DNA from: Chiloscyllium plagiosum
Taxonomy: Eukaryota
DNA length: 48,766 nt
NCBI RefSeq assembly: GCF_004010195.1
Contig: NC_057760.1
Coordinates: 3,444,117-3,492,882, forward strand
Direction: 5' to 3'
Shown in pieces: positions 35,426 to 48,766 of this stretch; position 1 is the stretch's first letter; each line of letters starts with the position of its first letter. Position numbers and translations under genes: made by a program. The notes beneath the pieces were generated by a model, which was given only the letters and a program-made list of their open reading frames with translations, did no database searches and was not told the origin of the DNA.

Positions 35426-36504
35426 CCAAAACAACAACACAGCTTATAAAACATTAATTACTGCTCCTAGAATTTGAGGAAATCAGCTCCAACACTGAAA
35501 AATACCTTAAAAAAAGAGCAGCTTTTCCGCTCACAACTTTTTCCAGTCCTCCGTCTTAAACATCTTCTCCAAGTCCACTCTATCCAGGCCCCTTGGTATT
35601 CTGTGAGTTTTAATCAAATCCCCTCGTGTCCTTCTAAACACCACTGTGTACAGACCAGAGTCCTCTACTGCTCCTCATGTCACAAGCTCTTCATCCCCAG
35701 GATCACTTTTGTAAACCTCCACTGGACCAGCTCCAATGCCAGCACATTCTTCCTTAGAAACAGAGCCCAAAACTGCTCACAGTATTCCAANNNNNNNNNN
35801 NNNNNNNNNNNNNNNNNNNNNNNNNNNNNNNNNNNNNNNNNNNNNNNNNNNNNNNNNNNNNNNNNNNNNNNNNNNNNNNNNNNNNNNNNNNNNNNNNNNN
35901 NNNNNNNNNNNNNNNNNNNNNNNNNNNNNNNNNNNNNNNNNNNNNNNNNNNNNNNNNNNNNNNNNNNNNNNNNNNNNNNNNNNNNNNNNNNNNNNNNNNN
36001 NNNNNNNNNNNNNNNNNNNNNNNNNNNNNNNNNNNNNNNNNNNNNNNNNNNNNNNNNNNNNNNNNNNNNNNNNNNNNNNNNNNNNNNNNNNNNNNNNNNN
36101 NNNNNNNNNNNNNNNNNNNNNNNNNNNNNNNNNNNNNNNNNNNNNNNNNNNNNNNNNNNNNNNNNNNNNNNNNNNNNNNNNNNNNNNNNNNNNNNNNNNN
36201 NNNNNNNNNNNNNNNNNNNNNNNNNNNNNNNNNNNNNNNNNNNNNNNNNNNNNNNNNNNNNNNNNNNNNNNNNNNNNNNNNNNNNNNNNNCAATTATCCA
36301 TCGTGAATGAGTTCCCACACAATGATCTGTAAATCCACACCTTGCCTTTATATGCTCCTGCCCTCAGCCATCAGTCTTGGAGACATGCAAAATTATTTTA
36401 CCCTTTATTTCTTCATTGTAAAGAGCCCCCAAGCATTTACTTACCTGCTGTGTTCTAGGGGGTGTCTCAAAGACCTGCTGGTATAACTCTAGTGGTGTTC
36501 CTTG

Positions 36505-37752
36505 AACTGAACTGAATTGATTGTCCCGTGTACCGGGGCCCAGTGAAAAGCTTTGTCTTGTGAGCAATACAGGCAGATCACATGGTTAATTAGCATAGAG
36601 AGTAAATAACAGGTAAACAGCTGCAAAAACTAAAACACAGGGACAGGCAAATGTCAAGGGTTTGAGAGTCCATTCAGTACTCTAACAACAGCAGGGTAGA
36701 AACTGTTATGAAACCGGCTGGTGTGTGTGTTCACGCTTCTGTACCTTCCCCCCGATGGTAGAGGTTGTAGAAAAACATTGCCAGAGTGGGATGTATCTTT
36801 GAGAATGCTGGCAGCCTTTCCTTGACAGCGGGCCTGGTTAATGGCTCCTATAGATGGGAGGTTGGCCTTTGTGATTGTCCAGGCCGAGTTCACTACTCTC
36901 TGTAACCGTCTCTGATCTTGAATGGTACAGTTGCCACACCAGGTAGTGATACATCCAGACAGAATGCTCTCGATGGCGCACCTATAAAAGTTGGCCAGGG
37001 TATTTGCCATTATGCCAAATTTCCTCAGCTGCCTGAGGAAGAAGAGACATTGTTGGGCCTTTGTAACCAGTGCGTCCACATGGAGAGTCCAAGAAAGCTT
37101 GTTGTGGATGACCACTCTCAGGAGCTTGACACTCTCCACTCGTTCCACCTCTGTGCTGTTAATGTGCAGGGGGGGCATATGTAACATCCCGCCGAAAGTC
37201 AATAATGAGTTCCTTGGTTTTGCCGACATTCAGAGCTAGGTTATTCTCAGTGCGCCATTTTTCCAGGTCTTCCACCTCCTGTCTGTAGTCTCTTTCGTCG
37301 CCATCTGAGATTTGACCGACTATGGTGGTGTCATCAGCGAACTTGTAAATGGCATTAGTCTGGTATTTGGCGACGCAGTCATGGGTATACAGTGAGTACA
37401 GTAGGGGGCTGAGTACGCACCCCTGGGTTGCTCCAGTGTTGAGGGTTAGTGAGGATGAAATATTGTCCCCAACCTTCACTGATTGTGGCCTGTGGGTCAG
37501 GAAACTGAGGATCCAGTTGCAGAGAGTGGGGCTTAGTCTGAGATCACTAAGTTTAGTGATGAGTCTCGAGGGGATAATAGTGTTGGAGGCTGAACTGTAG
37601 TCAATGAGTAGGATTCTTGGTGTCAAGATGTTCTAGGGCAGAGTGAAGGGCGAGTGATATGGCATCTGACGTGGATCTGTTGGTCCGATAGGCAAACTGG
37701 AGTGGGTCAAGAGTAGTGGGGAGGCTGGAGTTGATTTAATGCCATGACCAGG
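36505..37752 (-). mobile_element. Rex1/Babar-type LINE, RT region and 3' end
   Basis: Encodes [17 protein letters not shown]...[11 protein letters not shown]...[19 protein letters not shown] and FYRCAIESILSGCITTW. Confidence 0.85.
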
Positions 37753-38293
37753 CTTACTGGTTACCCGGGACTGTTGTCTGAATGACCTTAACTACAGGCA
37801 ATGGAAGTGATAAAATGTGCAAAATGAGTTTGCCATATTTTCACTTGGACAGGTGATTGTGTGTGAAACCAATCATAAAATGAGAGTCAAAACAGTATTG
37901 ATAAATTAAACTTGAAGTGAATCGCTCTAAAAATCCAAGCTGCTGGCCAAGTTTAATGATGAGTTCCTGCCATTTACCCCTTATCAGCTTCCCACCATTG
38001 GAACTATCCAAGGGGCCTGATCTTTCATGTATGCTGCCGTTTCAGTAACATTACCCTCTTATGTTTGTTGTCATAATTTTTTGTCACTTCTGTGGATATT
38101 GCCAAATGTAATTTCATGTAATTTTGTAACTGCCAAATGTAACTGCATCCAGTTAACTCAGCGCAGGTGAGAGGGGAGGTGGAACTTTTGACCTGCTGTT
38201 CCTTGTAACTCAGCACCATTTACCACTGGGCTGACGAAAGGTGGAGAACCATATGTCACAATGAAATGGAGTGACTTCTGACTTCATCTATAG

Positions 38294-38389
38294 CAGGGGA
38301 AGACAGCACTGGATCTCGCTGTGCGGAGCCAACATGCTGTTCTGATTGACATGATTATAAAAATGGAGAGGTTCAACGCAAGGAATCTG
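38294..38389 (+). CDS. ANKDD1A: ANKDD1-family last ankyrin exon
   Basis: 96 nt, tag|CAG...|gtaagt, encoding QGKTALDLAVRSQHAVLIDMIIKMERFNARNL. QGKTAL..A.RS.H...DMIIK is family-diagnostic. Confidence 0.9.
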
Positions 38390-40194
38390 GTAAGTTTTCT
38401 TGAGGTGCAGTGTGCTGTGAATTTTCTAACGTGAGGCAGCAACTGAGGAGAGGATGGCGGGTGTGGAACAGACACTCCGGCTCATTGAGTATACCAAGAA
38501 ATAAATTAGGGTCGAATCTGGGTGATTGTTTAGAAGGGGAGAAAAAGGACTTAAATTGTACAACTTATGATCTCTGGACAATAAAGTCAATTTTAATACA
38601 GCAGTATCTAGTATCATGATTCGCTGGCATGGTGCTCTGGAAGTCAAGCCCGGAATCATGTCAAATATGAAAATTGGATTAAACCACTAAATTGCCCAAT
38701 TCCACCTGACTGTTTAATTCAGAATAAAAGAAAATGCATACCTACTTTTTGTTTCATTTACAAGAAAATATCTATTTGGCATAATTAAACCGGTTTTGAC
38801 CAAATGCAAAAAAAAATTGAATTGCTAATTTATAACTCCACAACTTAAACTTTTTATATATTGATACTTCTCATATAAACGGATGTTCGAAGAGGAAAAG
38901 GTGTCATAAGTGGAGAAGGAAAACAAAAATCAGGGAATCGTGGTTCTGAATGGGAATACAGATAATGGTGAGTCCTGCAGGGATCTGTGATGGACACTCA
39001 ACATTTTATCAATGACTTCCATGAGGGATTTGAAGGTTTGGGAGCTAAATTTTCAGATGACACAAAAATAGGTAGGAAGGTTTGTTGTTAAGTTAACGTA
39101 ACAAGGATGCTGACCAATATAGACAAAGGGGGATGGGCAAAAATCCAGCAGAAGGAATATCATTTTATTTTAGATTAGATTACATTAGATTCTCTATAGT
39201 GTGGAAACAGGCCCTTCGGCCCAACAAGTCCACATCGACCCTCTTTGGTAGGAAGAATAAACAAACAGTATTATTTACATGGGGAACAACTGCAGAAATG
39301 TGAGGTGCAGAGGGGATCTGTGTGTTCTGGTTGTATGAGTTCCAAAACTTTAGTATGCAGGTACAGCAAGCGATTACAAAGCCGCATGGAATGCTCTCCT
39401 CTATTATGAGAGGAATTGAACATAAAAATGAGGAGGTTATGTTTAAGTTATACAGGGCACTTGTGAGACCACATTTTGAATACTGTGTGCAGTTTTGGTC
39501 AGATGGATGTAAGTGCATTGGAGAATGTTCAAGATGGTTTTCTTTAATTAGTCCATAGAATGTGGGCTTACTGAGTGCACCAGAACTATTGCATGCTTGT
39601 TTGATAGAATCATATAATTTTACAGTATTGAAAGAAGCCATTCGACTGATTGTGTCTGTATGGCTCCCAAAACAACCACCAAGCTAGTCTCCTTAGCCCA
39701 GTCTCATCCCTCTAAATTCATCCCTTTCAAACATATATCCAGCTCTCTTGAACCCTCCTCTGAAATCTCCCAGGAAGTACATTCCAAATCCTGACAACTC
39801 TCTCAGTAAAGAAGTTTCTCATCATCTCATTCCTTGCTGTCTTACTGACAAACTTTAAGTTGTGTCCCCTAGTTACTGACATACCAATTAATGGGAAACC
39901 GAATATCCTTCTTTACCCTGTTAACACTGTTCATAATTTTGAGCATCTCAGTAAGGTCACCTCCTGATTTTCTCTGCACCCAGGAGAATAAACCCAATCT
40001 CGCTAATCTTTCCTTGTATTTAAAATCCCTCATTCCTGGTGTAATTCCAGTAAATCTCCTTTGAACTCTCTCCAGAGTATTAACATCCTTCCTTAAATAA
40101 GGTGACCAGAACTGAACACAGTCCTCCGAATGTGGTCTGACCAATGATTTGCTTTTATACTCTATACCTTTATTTATAAATCCAAAGATCATAG

Positions 40195-40556
40195 AACTAT
40201 CATAGAATCCCTACAGTGTGGAAACAGGCCATTTTCACCCCAAAAAGTCCACACTGATGCTCCAAAGAGTAACCTACCCAGACCCATTCCCCTACCCTAT
40301 TACTCCACATTTACTCCTGGCTAATGCACCTAACCTACACATCCCTGAACACTATGGGCAATTTAGCATGACCAATTCACCTAACCTACACATCTTTGTG
40401 ACTGTGGGAGTAAACTGGAGCTCTCGGAGGAAGCGTACGCAGATACAGGGAGAATGTGCAAACTCCACGCAAACAGTTGCCTGAGGCTGGAATCGAACCT
40501 GGGGTCCCTGACTCTGTGAGGCAGCAGTGCTAACCACTGAACCACCATGCCGCCCA
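40195..40556 (-). mobile_element. HE1-like SINE nested in an old CR1 (39690-41830, minus)
   Basis: Reverse complement of the 19229-19537 SINE type. Confidence 0.85.
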
Positions 40557-41172
40557 TCATATAAAGCTTTCTTTACAACTATTTCAATTTCCCTGGCCAC
40601 CTTCAGAGAATCATCCACTTGAACCCTGAGGTCCCTCTGCTCCTGTATTCTCCTCAAAGTTGTCCCATTGAGCCTGTGTTGTCTCTCCATGTTACAGCTA
40701 CCAAAACACAATAACCTTATGTTTCTCTGCATTGAAATTCATCTGCCAGGTGTCTGCCCATTTGGCCAACTTAGCAATGTCCGTCTGAAGTCACTCAGCA
40801 TCATCCTCACAATTCACTATTCTCCCCTAGCTTAGGATCATCAGCAAATTTAGAGATTTTGTCCTAAACATCTAAATCCAAATCATTTATATGAATCAGA
40901 AAAACACTGATCACTGGGGAACACCACTTTCAACTCGTCTCCAATCTGAGAAATGACCGTCTATGCCTACCCTCTGTTTCCTATCTTGGAGCTGTCTTTT
41001 AATCGATGTTGTCAAGGACCCATTAATCCCAAATATGTTTAACTTGCTAACCAACCTGCCACGTGGCTCGGTATCAAGTGCTGTCTGAAAGTTCAAATAT
41101 ACAACATCCACAGCACTACCTTCATTCATTGCCTGTGTTACCTCATCAAAGAACTCGGTGGCTCAGTGGTAT

Positions 41173-41488
41173 GGGCGGCATGGTGGCTCAGTGGTTAGCA
41201 CTGCTGCCTCACAGCACCAGGGTCCCAGGTTCAATTCCAGCCTCAGGCGACTGTCTGTGTGGAGTTTGCACATTCTCCCCGTGTCTGTGTGGGTTTCCTC
41301 TGGGTGCTCCGGTTTCCTCCCACATTCCAAAGATGTGCAGGTCAGGTGAATTGGCCATGCTAAATTGCCCGTAGTGGGAGGTGCATTAGTCAGAGGGAAA
41401 TGGGTCTGGGTGGGTTACTCTTCGGCGGGTCAGTGTGGACTGGTTGGGCCGAAGGGCCTGTTTCCACACTGTAGGGAGTTTGATCTAA
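41173..41488 (+). mobile_element. HE1-like SINE
   Basis: A and B boxes, conserved body and CR1-type tail. Confidence 0.9.
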
Positions 41489-41835
41489 AGCTATTACATT
41501 TGTCAGATGTGACTTGCCCTTGACAAAGCCACGTTTAATATCTCGTATTAAGTTAATTTTCTCTAAGAATATATTTACCTTATCCCGTATAATGGCCTTC
41601 ATGTGTTTTCCCACTACTAATGTCAGGCTGTAGTTTCCTGAGTTATCCTTTGCCCCTTCCTTAAACAATGGTGTCACATTTGCAATCCTCCAGTCCCAGA
41701 GGACTAATTCTGTGTTCAGAAAGGACTGGAAAATTTCTGATAGCTCTCGTGACTCTGTCTGCAACCTAGGATCCATCCCATCCAGGCCTGGCGATTTCTC
41801 TACCTGAAATGCTGCCAGTCCTATTAGCACCTCTT

Positions 41836-43420
41836 AGAGTCATAGAGATGTACAGCATGGAAACAGACCCTTCAGTCTAACCCATCCATGCCAACCAGAT
41901 ATCACAACCCAATGGAATCCCACCTGCCAGCACCCAGCCAATATCCCTCCAAACCCCTCTGATTCATATACCCGTCCAGATGCCTTTTAAATGTTGCAAT
42001 TGTACCAGCCTCCACCACTTCCTCTGGCAGCTCATTCCGTACATGTACCACCCTCTGTGTGAAAAAGTTGCCCCTTAGGTCCATTTTATATCTTTCCCCT
42101 CTCACCCTAAACCTATGCCCTTTAATTCTGGACTCCCCCAACCCAGGGAAAATACTTTGTTTATTTATCCTATCCATGCCCCTCATGATTTTGTGAACCT
42201 CTATAAGGTCACCCCTCAGCCTCCGACGCTCCAGGGAAAACAGCCCCATCCTGTTCAGCCTCTCCCTATAGCTCAAACCCTCCAACCCTGGCAACACCCT
42301 TGTAAATCTTTTCTGAACCCTTTCAAGTTTCACAACATCTTTCCAATAGGAAGGAGACCAGAATTGCACGCAATATTCCAACAGTGGCCTAACCAATGTC
42401 CTGTACAGCCGNNNNNNNNNNNNNNNNNNNNNNNNNNNNNNNNNNNNNNNNNNNNNNNNNNNNNNNNNNNNNNNNNNNNNNNNNNNNNNNNNNNNNNNNN
42501 NNNNNNNNNNNNNNNNNNNNNNNNNNNNNNNNNNNNNNNNNNNNNNNNNNNNNNNNNNNNNNNNNNNNNNNNNNNNNNNNNNNNNNNNNNNNNNNNNNNN
42601 NNNNNNNNNNNNNNNNNNNNNNNNNNNNNNNNNNNNNNNNNNNNNNNNNNNNNNNNNNNNNNNNNNNNNNNNNNNNNNNNNNNNNNNNNNNNNNNNNNNN
42701 NNNNNNNNNNNNNNNNNNNNNNNNNNNNNNTCTTTGTTACTTCTTCAAAAAACTCAATCAAGTTTGTGAGACATGATTTCCCACGCACAAAGCCATGTTG
42801 ACTATCCCTAATCAGTCCTTGCCTTTCCAAGTACATGTACATCCTGTCCCTCAGGGTTCCCTCCAACAAATTGCCCACCATCGACGTCAGGTTCACTGGT
42901 CTATAGTTCCCTGGTTTGTCTTTACCGCCCTTCTTAAAGAGTGGCACCACGTTTGCCAACCTCCGATCTTCTGGCACCTCACCTGTGACTATCGACGATA
43001 CAAATATCTCAGCAAGAGGCCCAGCAATCACTTCTCTAGCTCCCCACAGAGTTCTCGGGTACACCTGATCAGGTCCTGGGGATTTATCCACCTTTATGTG
43101 TTTCAAGACATCCAGCACTTCCTCCTCCATAATCTGGACATTTTTCAAGATGTCACCATCTATTTCCCTACAGTCTATATCTTCCATATCCTTTTTCACA
43201 GTAAATACTGATGCAAAATATTCATTTAGTATCACCCCCATTTTCTACGGCTCCATACAAAGGCCGCATTGCTGATCTTTGAGGGGCCCTATTCTCTCCC
43301 TAGTTACCCTTTTGTCCTTAATGTATTTATAAAAACCCTTTGGATTCCCCTTAGCTCTATTTGCCAAAGCTCTCTCATGTCCCCGTTTTGCCCTCCTGAT
43401 TTCTCTCTTCTTTCCTACTC
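41836..43420 (-). mobile_element. Young CR1 LINE ORF2 (RT) spanning a gap
   Basis: Long open frames 42330-43241 and 41902-42396 with KSPGPD, NYRPVNLTS and QHGFVRGKSCLTNL. Confidence 0.93.
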
Positions 43421-44164
43421 TCCTACTCTTCTTTATCGATATCACTCAGTTGCTCAACACTCACATTTTTAACTGGGCCATTGTCACCATTTTCTAATTT
43501 GGTAAAGACAGAAGCAAAATATCCATTTAGTACCTCGAACATATCCTTTGCCTCAGTAAGCAGCTCTCCTTCCTTACGAGCCCCACTCTATCCTTCACTA
43601 ATGTTCTATTATTAATATGTTTGAAGAACATTTCACTTTTTGTTTTAGCACATCCTGTCACCCTTTCCTCTTGCTTTTAGTTTTCCTTATTCTAGCCTTA
43701 GCCTTTTCCCTACAATTGAGAGACTCTTTCTGGTTTTTATTGCTATTATTATTATCATCCCAGCATGCATCACATGCCTCCTCTTTCTTATATTTTCTCA
43801 CCAACATCCTTCGTCATCCAGGGTCCTCTAGTTTTGGATACCCAATGTTTATTTCTCATGGGTCTATACTCTGTTTCTACTAACGTTAAGTGTCCAGTCC
43901 TATTCTGTCAGTGTTATTATGTCGTATTGACCCACAGCGAGTTCTGCTTCCAGCCCCCAGTTTTGATCACTATACTCTGTGCATTTAAAAACATTCAATT
44001 TAATGCTGCCCTTGTCTCTTTCTAGCCCAATGGAAGACGATCATTTCTTTGTTCACCGTCAGCACTAAAGTCTTCCTTCATTTCCTTTTCCTCCATTCAC
44101 CATCTTCTCTCTTTTGCCCTCTCTGGTATATTCAAAACTACCTCCATTTGACAAGCCACTGGGT

Positions 44165-44480
44165 CTTTTCCCTGGTGTGGGGAGTCCAGAACTGGAGGGC
44201 ATGGGTTCGGGGTGAGGGGGAAAAGATATGGGAGGGGGGACCTGGGGGGGGGCAGCTTTTTCATGCAGGGGGTGGTGCGTGTGTGGAGTGGGCTGCTAGA
44301 GGAAGTGGTGGAGGCTGCTACAATTCCAGCATTTAAAAGGCATCTGGATGGGTATGTGGGTGGGCTGGGTGCTGGCAGATGGGACTAGATTGGGTTGGGA
44401 TGTCTGGTCGGCGTGGACATGGAGGGGATGGACCGAAGGGTCTGTTTCCATGTGGTACATCTCTATGACTAAGACTATGA
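44165..44480 (+). mobile_element. CR1 3' end (G-rich, diverged)
   Basis: Similar to 15605-15875. Confidence 0.8.
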
Positions 44481-45753
44481 CCGCCCTGGCTTAAAAGTTT
44501 AAATCTACCCTGACTACAGTATTTCCTCTCTCTTCCAGGAGATTTGCTCAGGTGAAGCCATCTCTGCTGAAGAACATTGTCCTTTCCCAAAATTGGTCAC
44601 AATGTCCCAAATATCTAAGACCCTCCCCTCTACACCACCCCTCATGCTTTCTTCTCTCTGGTCTGCCTTTGGTTAAATGGTGGAGCTCATGGTGTGCTAC
44701 CTGAAATGTGTGGTTATCTTATACAGAAAGACTGGATAGCCCAGGCTTGTTTGGATGAGAATTCAGAAGAGTGGACGATAATTTGTTTTGAAGTTGATAA
44801 GATCCTGAATGATCTTGACAGGTTGAATGTGGAGAAGATGTTTCCACTTGTATGTGAGTCCAGAACTAGGGCACATTTAAAATTAAAGATCTTCCTTTTA
44901 AGACAGGGATGACAGGAGTTCTTTTATCTCAAAGAATGGTGCAACTTTGGAACTCTGTATCAGAAGGTAGGGGAGGTGGGATCATGAGTATGTTTAAGGC
45001 AGAGACAGGTAGTTTCCTTTTGGTAAAGGAGTCAATGATTGTCCAGGTTAGCTGAGAATGTGGAATTCAGAACACAAACCAATCAGCCATGATCTTATTG
45101 AATGGCAGAGCACACAGGAGGGCCTGAATAATTTATTTCTGTTCCCAATTCATATGTTTGTAATTGCTTGGTTGATGGATAATATTGGCCAGGATCTGGG
45201 TAAAATCTCCCTGACTCTGAATAGTGCATGGGATTGCTTATGTCCAGCTAAGAAAGCAGACAGGATCTCCAATTTATCTCAAAAGACAGCACTTCCAACA
45301 GTGCAATGCTCCTTTTCCAAGAAGAAAATATATATTTTTTTTAAAAACTAATACTTGAAAATTAATGTACTGCTCATACTGGTCCTCCATACTGAAGTAT
45401 ACAAGATGAGTTTGTCTTTTGCAAGTTTTACTGGGTTTTCCCTCTGGCTCAGCATCACACTAGAACGCTAGTTTAGATTTTGTATTCAGGTCTAACAAGT
45501 GGGGATTGAAATCATGACCTATTGACTGATGCAAAGCTTGTACCCATTGGGCTGTAGCAGACAGTATTTCCTTCTCATTCGAGGAGACCAGTATCTGTCT
45601 GTCAAATCCTGTGTTTCCCCGGCTAAATCTAGGCCAATCCTGATAGTGGAGCCGAGAGTAAATGCAGAAAGTTTGAACTAAACCAGCTCTTGTTTTCAGT
45701 TCAGGTTGAAATGTGGTGGTTCATGAGTTTTGTTTTGGCCACGAATCTGTCAA

Positions 45754-46067
45754 GGGGCGGCACAGTAGCTCAGTGGTTAGCACTGCTGCCTCACAGCACC
45801 AGGGTCCCAGGTTCGATTCCAGCCTCAGGCGACTGACTGTGTGGAGTTTGCACATTCTCCCTGTGTCTGCGTGGGTTTCCTCCAGGTGCTCCGGTTTCCT
45901 CCCACAGTCCAAAGATGTGTGGGTCAGGTGAATTGGCCATGCTAAATTACCCGTAGTGTTAGGTGCATTAGGAAATGGGTCTGGGTGGGTTACTCTTCAG
46001 AGGGTCGGTGTGGACTTGTTGGGCTGAAGGGCCTGTTTCCACACTGTAGGGTATCTATTCTAATCTA
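45754..46067 (+). mobile_element. HE1-like SINE
   Basis: B box GGTTCGATTCC; same body as the other copies. Confidence 0.9.
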
Positions 46068-46364
46068 AAAACTGAGAAAGGGTACTGATAAATACAAATG
46101 GATGTGAGGTTATGTCCAGTATTTCAGTTGATTTATGTGACATGAGATAGGAAATAATTTGAAGAGAACACGCACCCAGTCATGATATTGGACACATCAT
46201 AATGGACAGCTTTTGTCAATTCGAGTGTGCATAAGCCCTGCATTAACTTAGGATGCAGCCCAGTCCCATTAACCTCCATATAAACCTTTCACCAGTTCCA
46301 GTAACTGTCATCTCTCTGACTGTGCCAGACTGTGATTGAAATGTCCTCCTGCTCTTTTCCCTAG

Positions 46365-46566
46365 GATACTTCAGAAGTTACAGCTGAAGGTCAGGGGGAC
46401 TCTGTACCGGACCTCACATTCAACCATGTGCAGAATCTGGATCATGTCCGCTCTGTGCTTTGGAACTTGGCCACAAAGCACCTGAAGCCAGGTGATTGGA
46501 AGAAGTTGGCAGAGCACTGGGATTTCTCCAAGAAACACATCAAAGCTGTGGAGACTCAGTGGACAG
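46365..46566 (+). CDS. ANKDD1A: ANKDD1-family exon: linker and N-terminal half of the death domain
   Basis: 202 nt, cctag|...ACA G|gtatat, encoding DTSEVTAEGQGDSVPDLTFNHVQNLDHVRSVLWNLATKHLKPGDWKKLAEHWDFSKKHIKAVETQWT. Confidence 0.92.
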
Positions 46567-46902
46567 GTATATGAAGCAAAGAGCCGAAAATTACAACTGA
46601 ATAGTGGGGGATGTCAGGCAAATTTGGAACAAACATTGGGACAATTGAGAAAGAAAATAATGCCTTCAATACTAATTGAGAACTGACCTGCTTTAGTTTA
46701 AAACAACCTGAGACTGACGGTCTGTGTCAAGGATGGGTATCAGTGGCTGTTCAGGTAATCACTATCTTGAACATTACCCTGTTGATGTATTTGAAGTCAC
46801 ATTTGATGACAGCCAATTTTCCAGCTTGGTTGCTTATTTGCTGTTCTTTCTGCTTCACCACGAAAAAGACAGAAACGATTTAAACATATGATCTTACAAT
46901 AC

Positions 46903-47162
46903 CCCAATCAAACTCTCCCAGGTACAGCATGGTGTTTGATACAGAATAAAGCTTCCCCTACACTCTGTGCCTGAAACTTTCCCAGGATAGGTACAGTATT
47001 GGGTTAGATACAGTGTAAAGCTCCTTCTGTATTGTTTCCATTAAGCATTCCTGGAACAATATAGCATTAGATTAGGTATAGAGTAAACCTTCCTCCTAGC
47101 TGTCCCCATCAAACACTCCCAGCGCAGAGACAGTACAGATTAGATTCAGAGTGAAAATACCT
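46903..47162. repeat. Degenerate ~65-70-bp tandem repeat (~4 units)
   Basis: Recurring ccccatcaaacactccc..ggtacag..ttagatacagagtaaagctcc motifs. Confidence 0.6.
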
Positions 47163-47310
47163 TTTGCAATGTTGGTTTGTGCATTCCTGAGCATAAAGTG
47201 AGGAGGAATAACGATGCTCAATGAATTTAAAAGTTTCAAATTTGTGTTAACATTAATCTGAATTATCCTGAGGTGAGCCCTCCTCTGTCTGATTTTCATT
47301 TTGTATGCAG

Positions 47311-47442
47311 GAAGGAACAGTTATAAGGAGCATGGTTACCGAATGCTGCTGATCTGGCTTCATGGGATTATCACCTTGGGCAAGAATCCCATCAAGGAGC
47401 TGTATGAAAGTCTGGTGAAAATTGAAAAAGCTAAAGTAGCAG
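47311..47442 (+). CDS. ANKDD1A: ANKDD1-family exon: C-terminal half of the death domain
   Basis: 132 nt, phase 1, tgcag|...G|gtgact, encoding (G)RNSYKEHGYRMLLIWLHGIITLGKNPIKELYESLVKIEKAKVA. EHG.RMLLIWLHG is the ANKDD1 death-domain signature. Confidence 0.93.
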
Positions 47443-48231
47443 GTGACTATGACCTCCAGCTGGTTTAAAGCTACAGGGCTGAAGTATATTCATTAGAATG
47501 GCCTAAATGAATTATGAGTCCTCACAATTCATACTAGTCCACATTTTAGTTAATCTAGTTAACTATAAACTTAGTGTAATCAATCCCAAAGTTTTATTCA
47601 TCGTGGTTAACGTTTATCTTCCTTAGTGGGAACATTTCGATGTCCTTGAAGCCACTGATTCTCATTGGGTCCTCGTGTTTTTGATTACAGTTGTTCTGTG
47701 TTAACTTGTGTCTTGAAATCCCTATCAGTGTTCCAGGGAACTAGTGATCCATTGAAATTCTACACAAGAAGGGTGAATGGAAAATGATTTAAAACAGTTT
47801 GACTGGGATCCTAAGTGATGAGGGTGACATGGAAGGGATCTGATCCACTTAGATTCTGTATTTTTTTCTTTAATCTTTCTTGAGATTTTGACGTTGCTGG
47901 AAAGGCCAGCATTTGTTGCCCATCCTAACATTGTCCTCGAGCTAAGTAACTTGCATAACCATTTCAGAAGGCAATTAAGAGCCAACCACGTTGTTGTAGG
48001 TTTGGTGTCACATGTTGGACAAGCCAGGTTACTTTAGGCAGATTTCAATCTCAAAAGGGCATTGATGAACAAGATGGATTTTTACGACGATTGGTGACAG
48101 ATTACTGAGACTGTCTTTATACGACAGAATTACTATTTGCAATCAAATTTCTCCAGCTGTTGTGGTGTGATTGAACCAATGACCCAGAACATTAGCCTGG
48201 GCCTCTGGATTATTAATCACGTGATTTATTG

Positions 48232-48402
48232 AAAAGGGCGGGTGCTGGAAAAGGACAGCAGGTCATGCTGCATCCTGGTAAGGGCTTATGCCTGAAACGT
48301 CAACTCTCCTGCTACTCAGCTGCTGCCTGACTTGCTACGCTTTTCCAGCACCACCCTTTTTGACTTTGACTTTTCCAGCATCTGCAGTTCCTGCTTTCTC
48401 CT
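48232..48402. mobile_element. Penelope-like foldback remnant
   Basis: gggcttatgcctgaaacgtc plus inverted arms gctggaaaag/cttttccagc, as at 2720-2950. Confidence 0.65.
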
Positions 48403-48766
48403 GGATTCTTTATGATGGATCACAGAATTACAGAATTGTTATGGTGCAGCGAGAGGTAATTTATATAGCCATAATCCCCTCCCTTTTACCCATATCCCTG
48501 CCCACCATTCTATCAAAATAATCATCCAATGTCCACTTGATTACCTCAGTTGATGCTTCCAGGAAATGCATTTCATTCCTTAAATACTTGCTGTGAAAAA
48601 GGATGTTCTTGAATTATCCTTCATCTGTTTGCACATCACTTTAAATCTACACCCCTCTCATTGTTGTTCATTTTATAAATGGGAATAGCTTCTCCCTATC
48701 TACTGTATTGGGCTTGCTCATGATTTTGAAAACTTCAATCAAATAGAGTCATAGAGATGTACAGCA

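Noticed and set aside
47443..47468. ANKDD1 stop by read-through into the intron
   Set aside because: A donor G|gtgact sits where family members splice to a final exon. That exon was not identified in the remaining 1.3 kb and probably lies beyond the window.

Overview
Eukaryotic (vertebrate) genomic DNA. The HE1-type SINEs, CR1/HER1-type LINEs and Penelope repeats point to a cartilaginous fish (shark); this is an inference. The window has five N-gaps. Two spliced protein-coding genes face away from each other across a 500-N gap at 7441-7940. (1) Three minus-strand exons (6383-6180, 4974-4844, 3262-3096) of a collagen-binding-type integrin alpha chain, closest to ITGA10/ITGA11, covering FG-GAP propeller repeats and the start of the thigh domain. 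(2) Twelve plus-strand exons (8013-47442) of an ankyrin-repeat and death-domain gene of the ANKDD1 family. It is ANKDD1A-like but divergent, has an open frame and GT-AG splice sites throughout, and its first and last exons are not in the window. The introns are packed with decayed retroelements: many CR1 LINE pieces (one spanning ORF2), a Rex1/Babar LINE, two tRNA-derived SINE families, a deleted Gypsy LTR element with PBS and PPT, and Penelope-like terminal repeats that form foldbacks and carry minimal hammerhead-ribozyme cores. Notable structure includes a ~635-bp foldback with a 10-bp TSD, a 29-bp minisatellite born from a LINE 3' tail, and a microhomology-flanked templated insertion. All family assignments come from motif recognition, not database searches.
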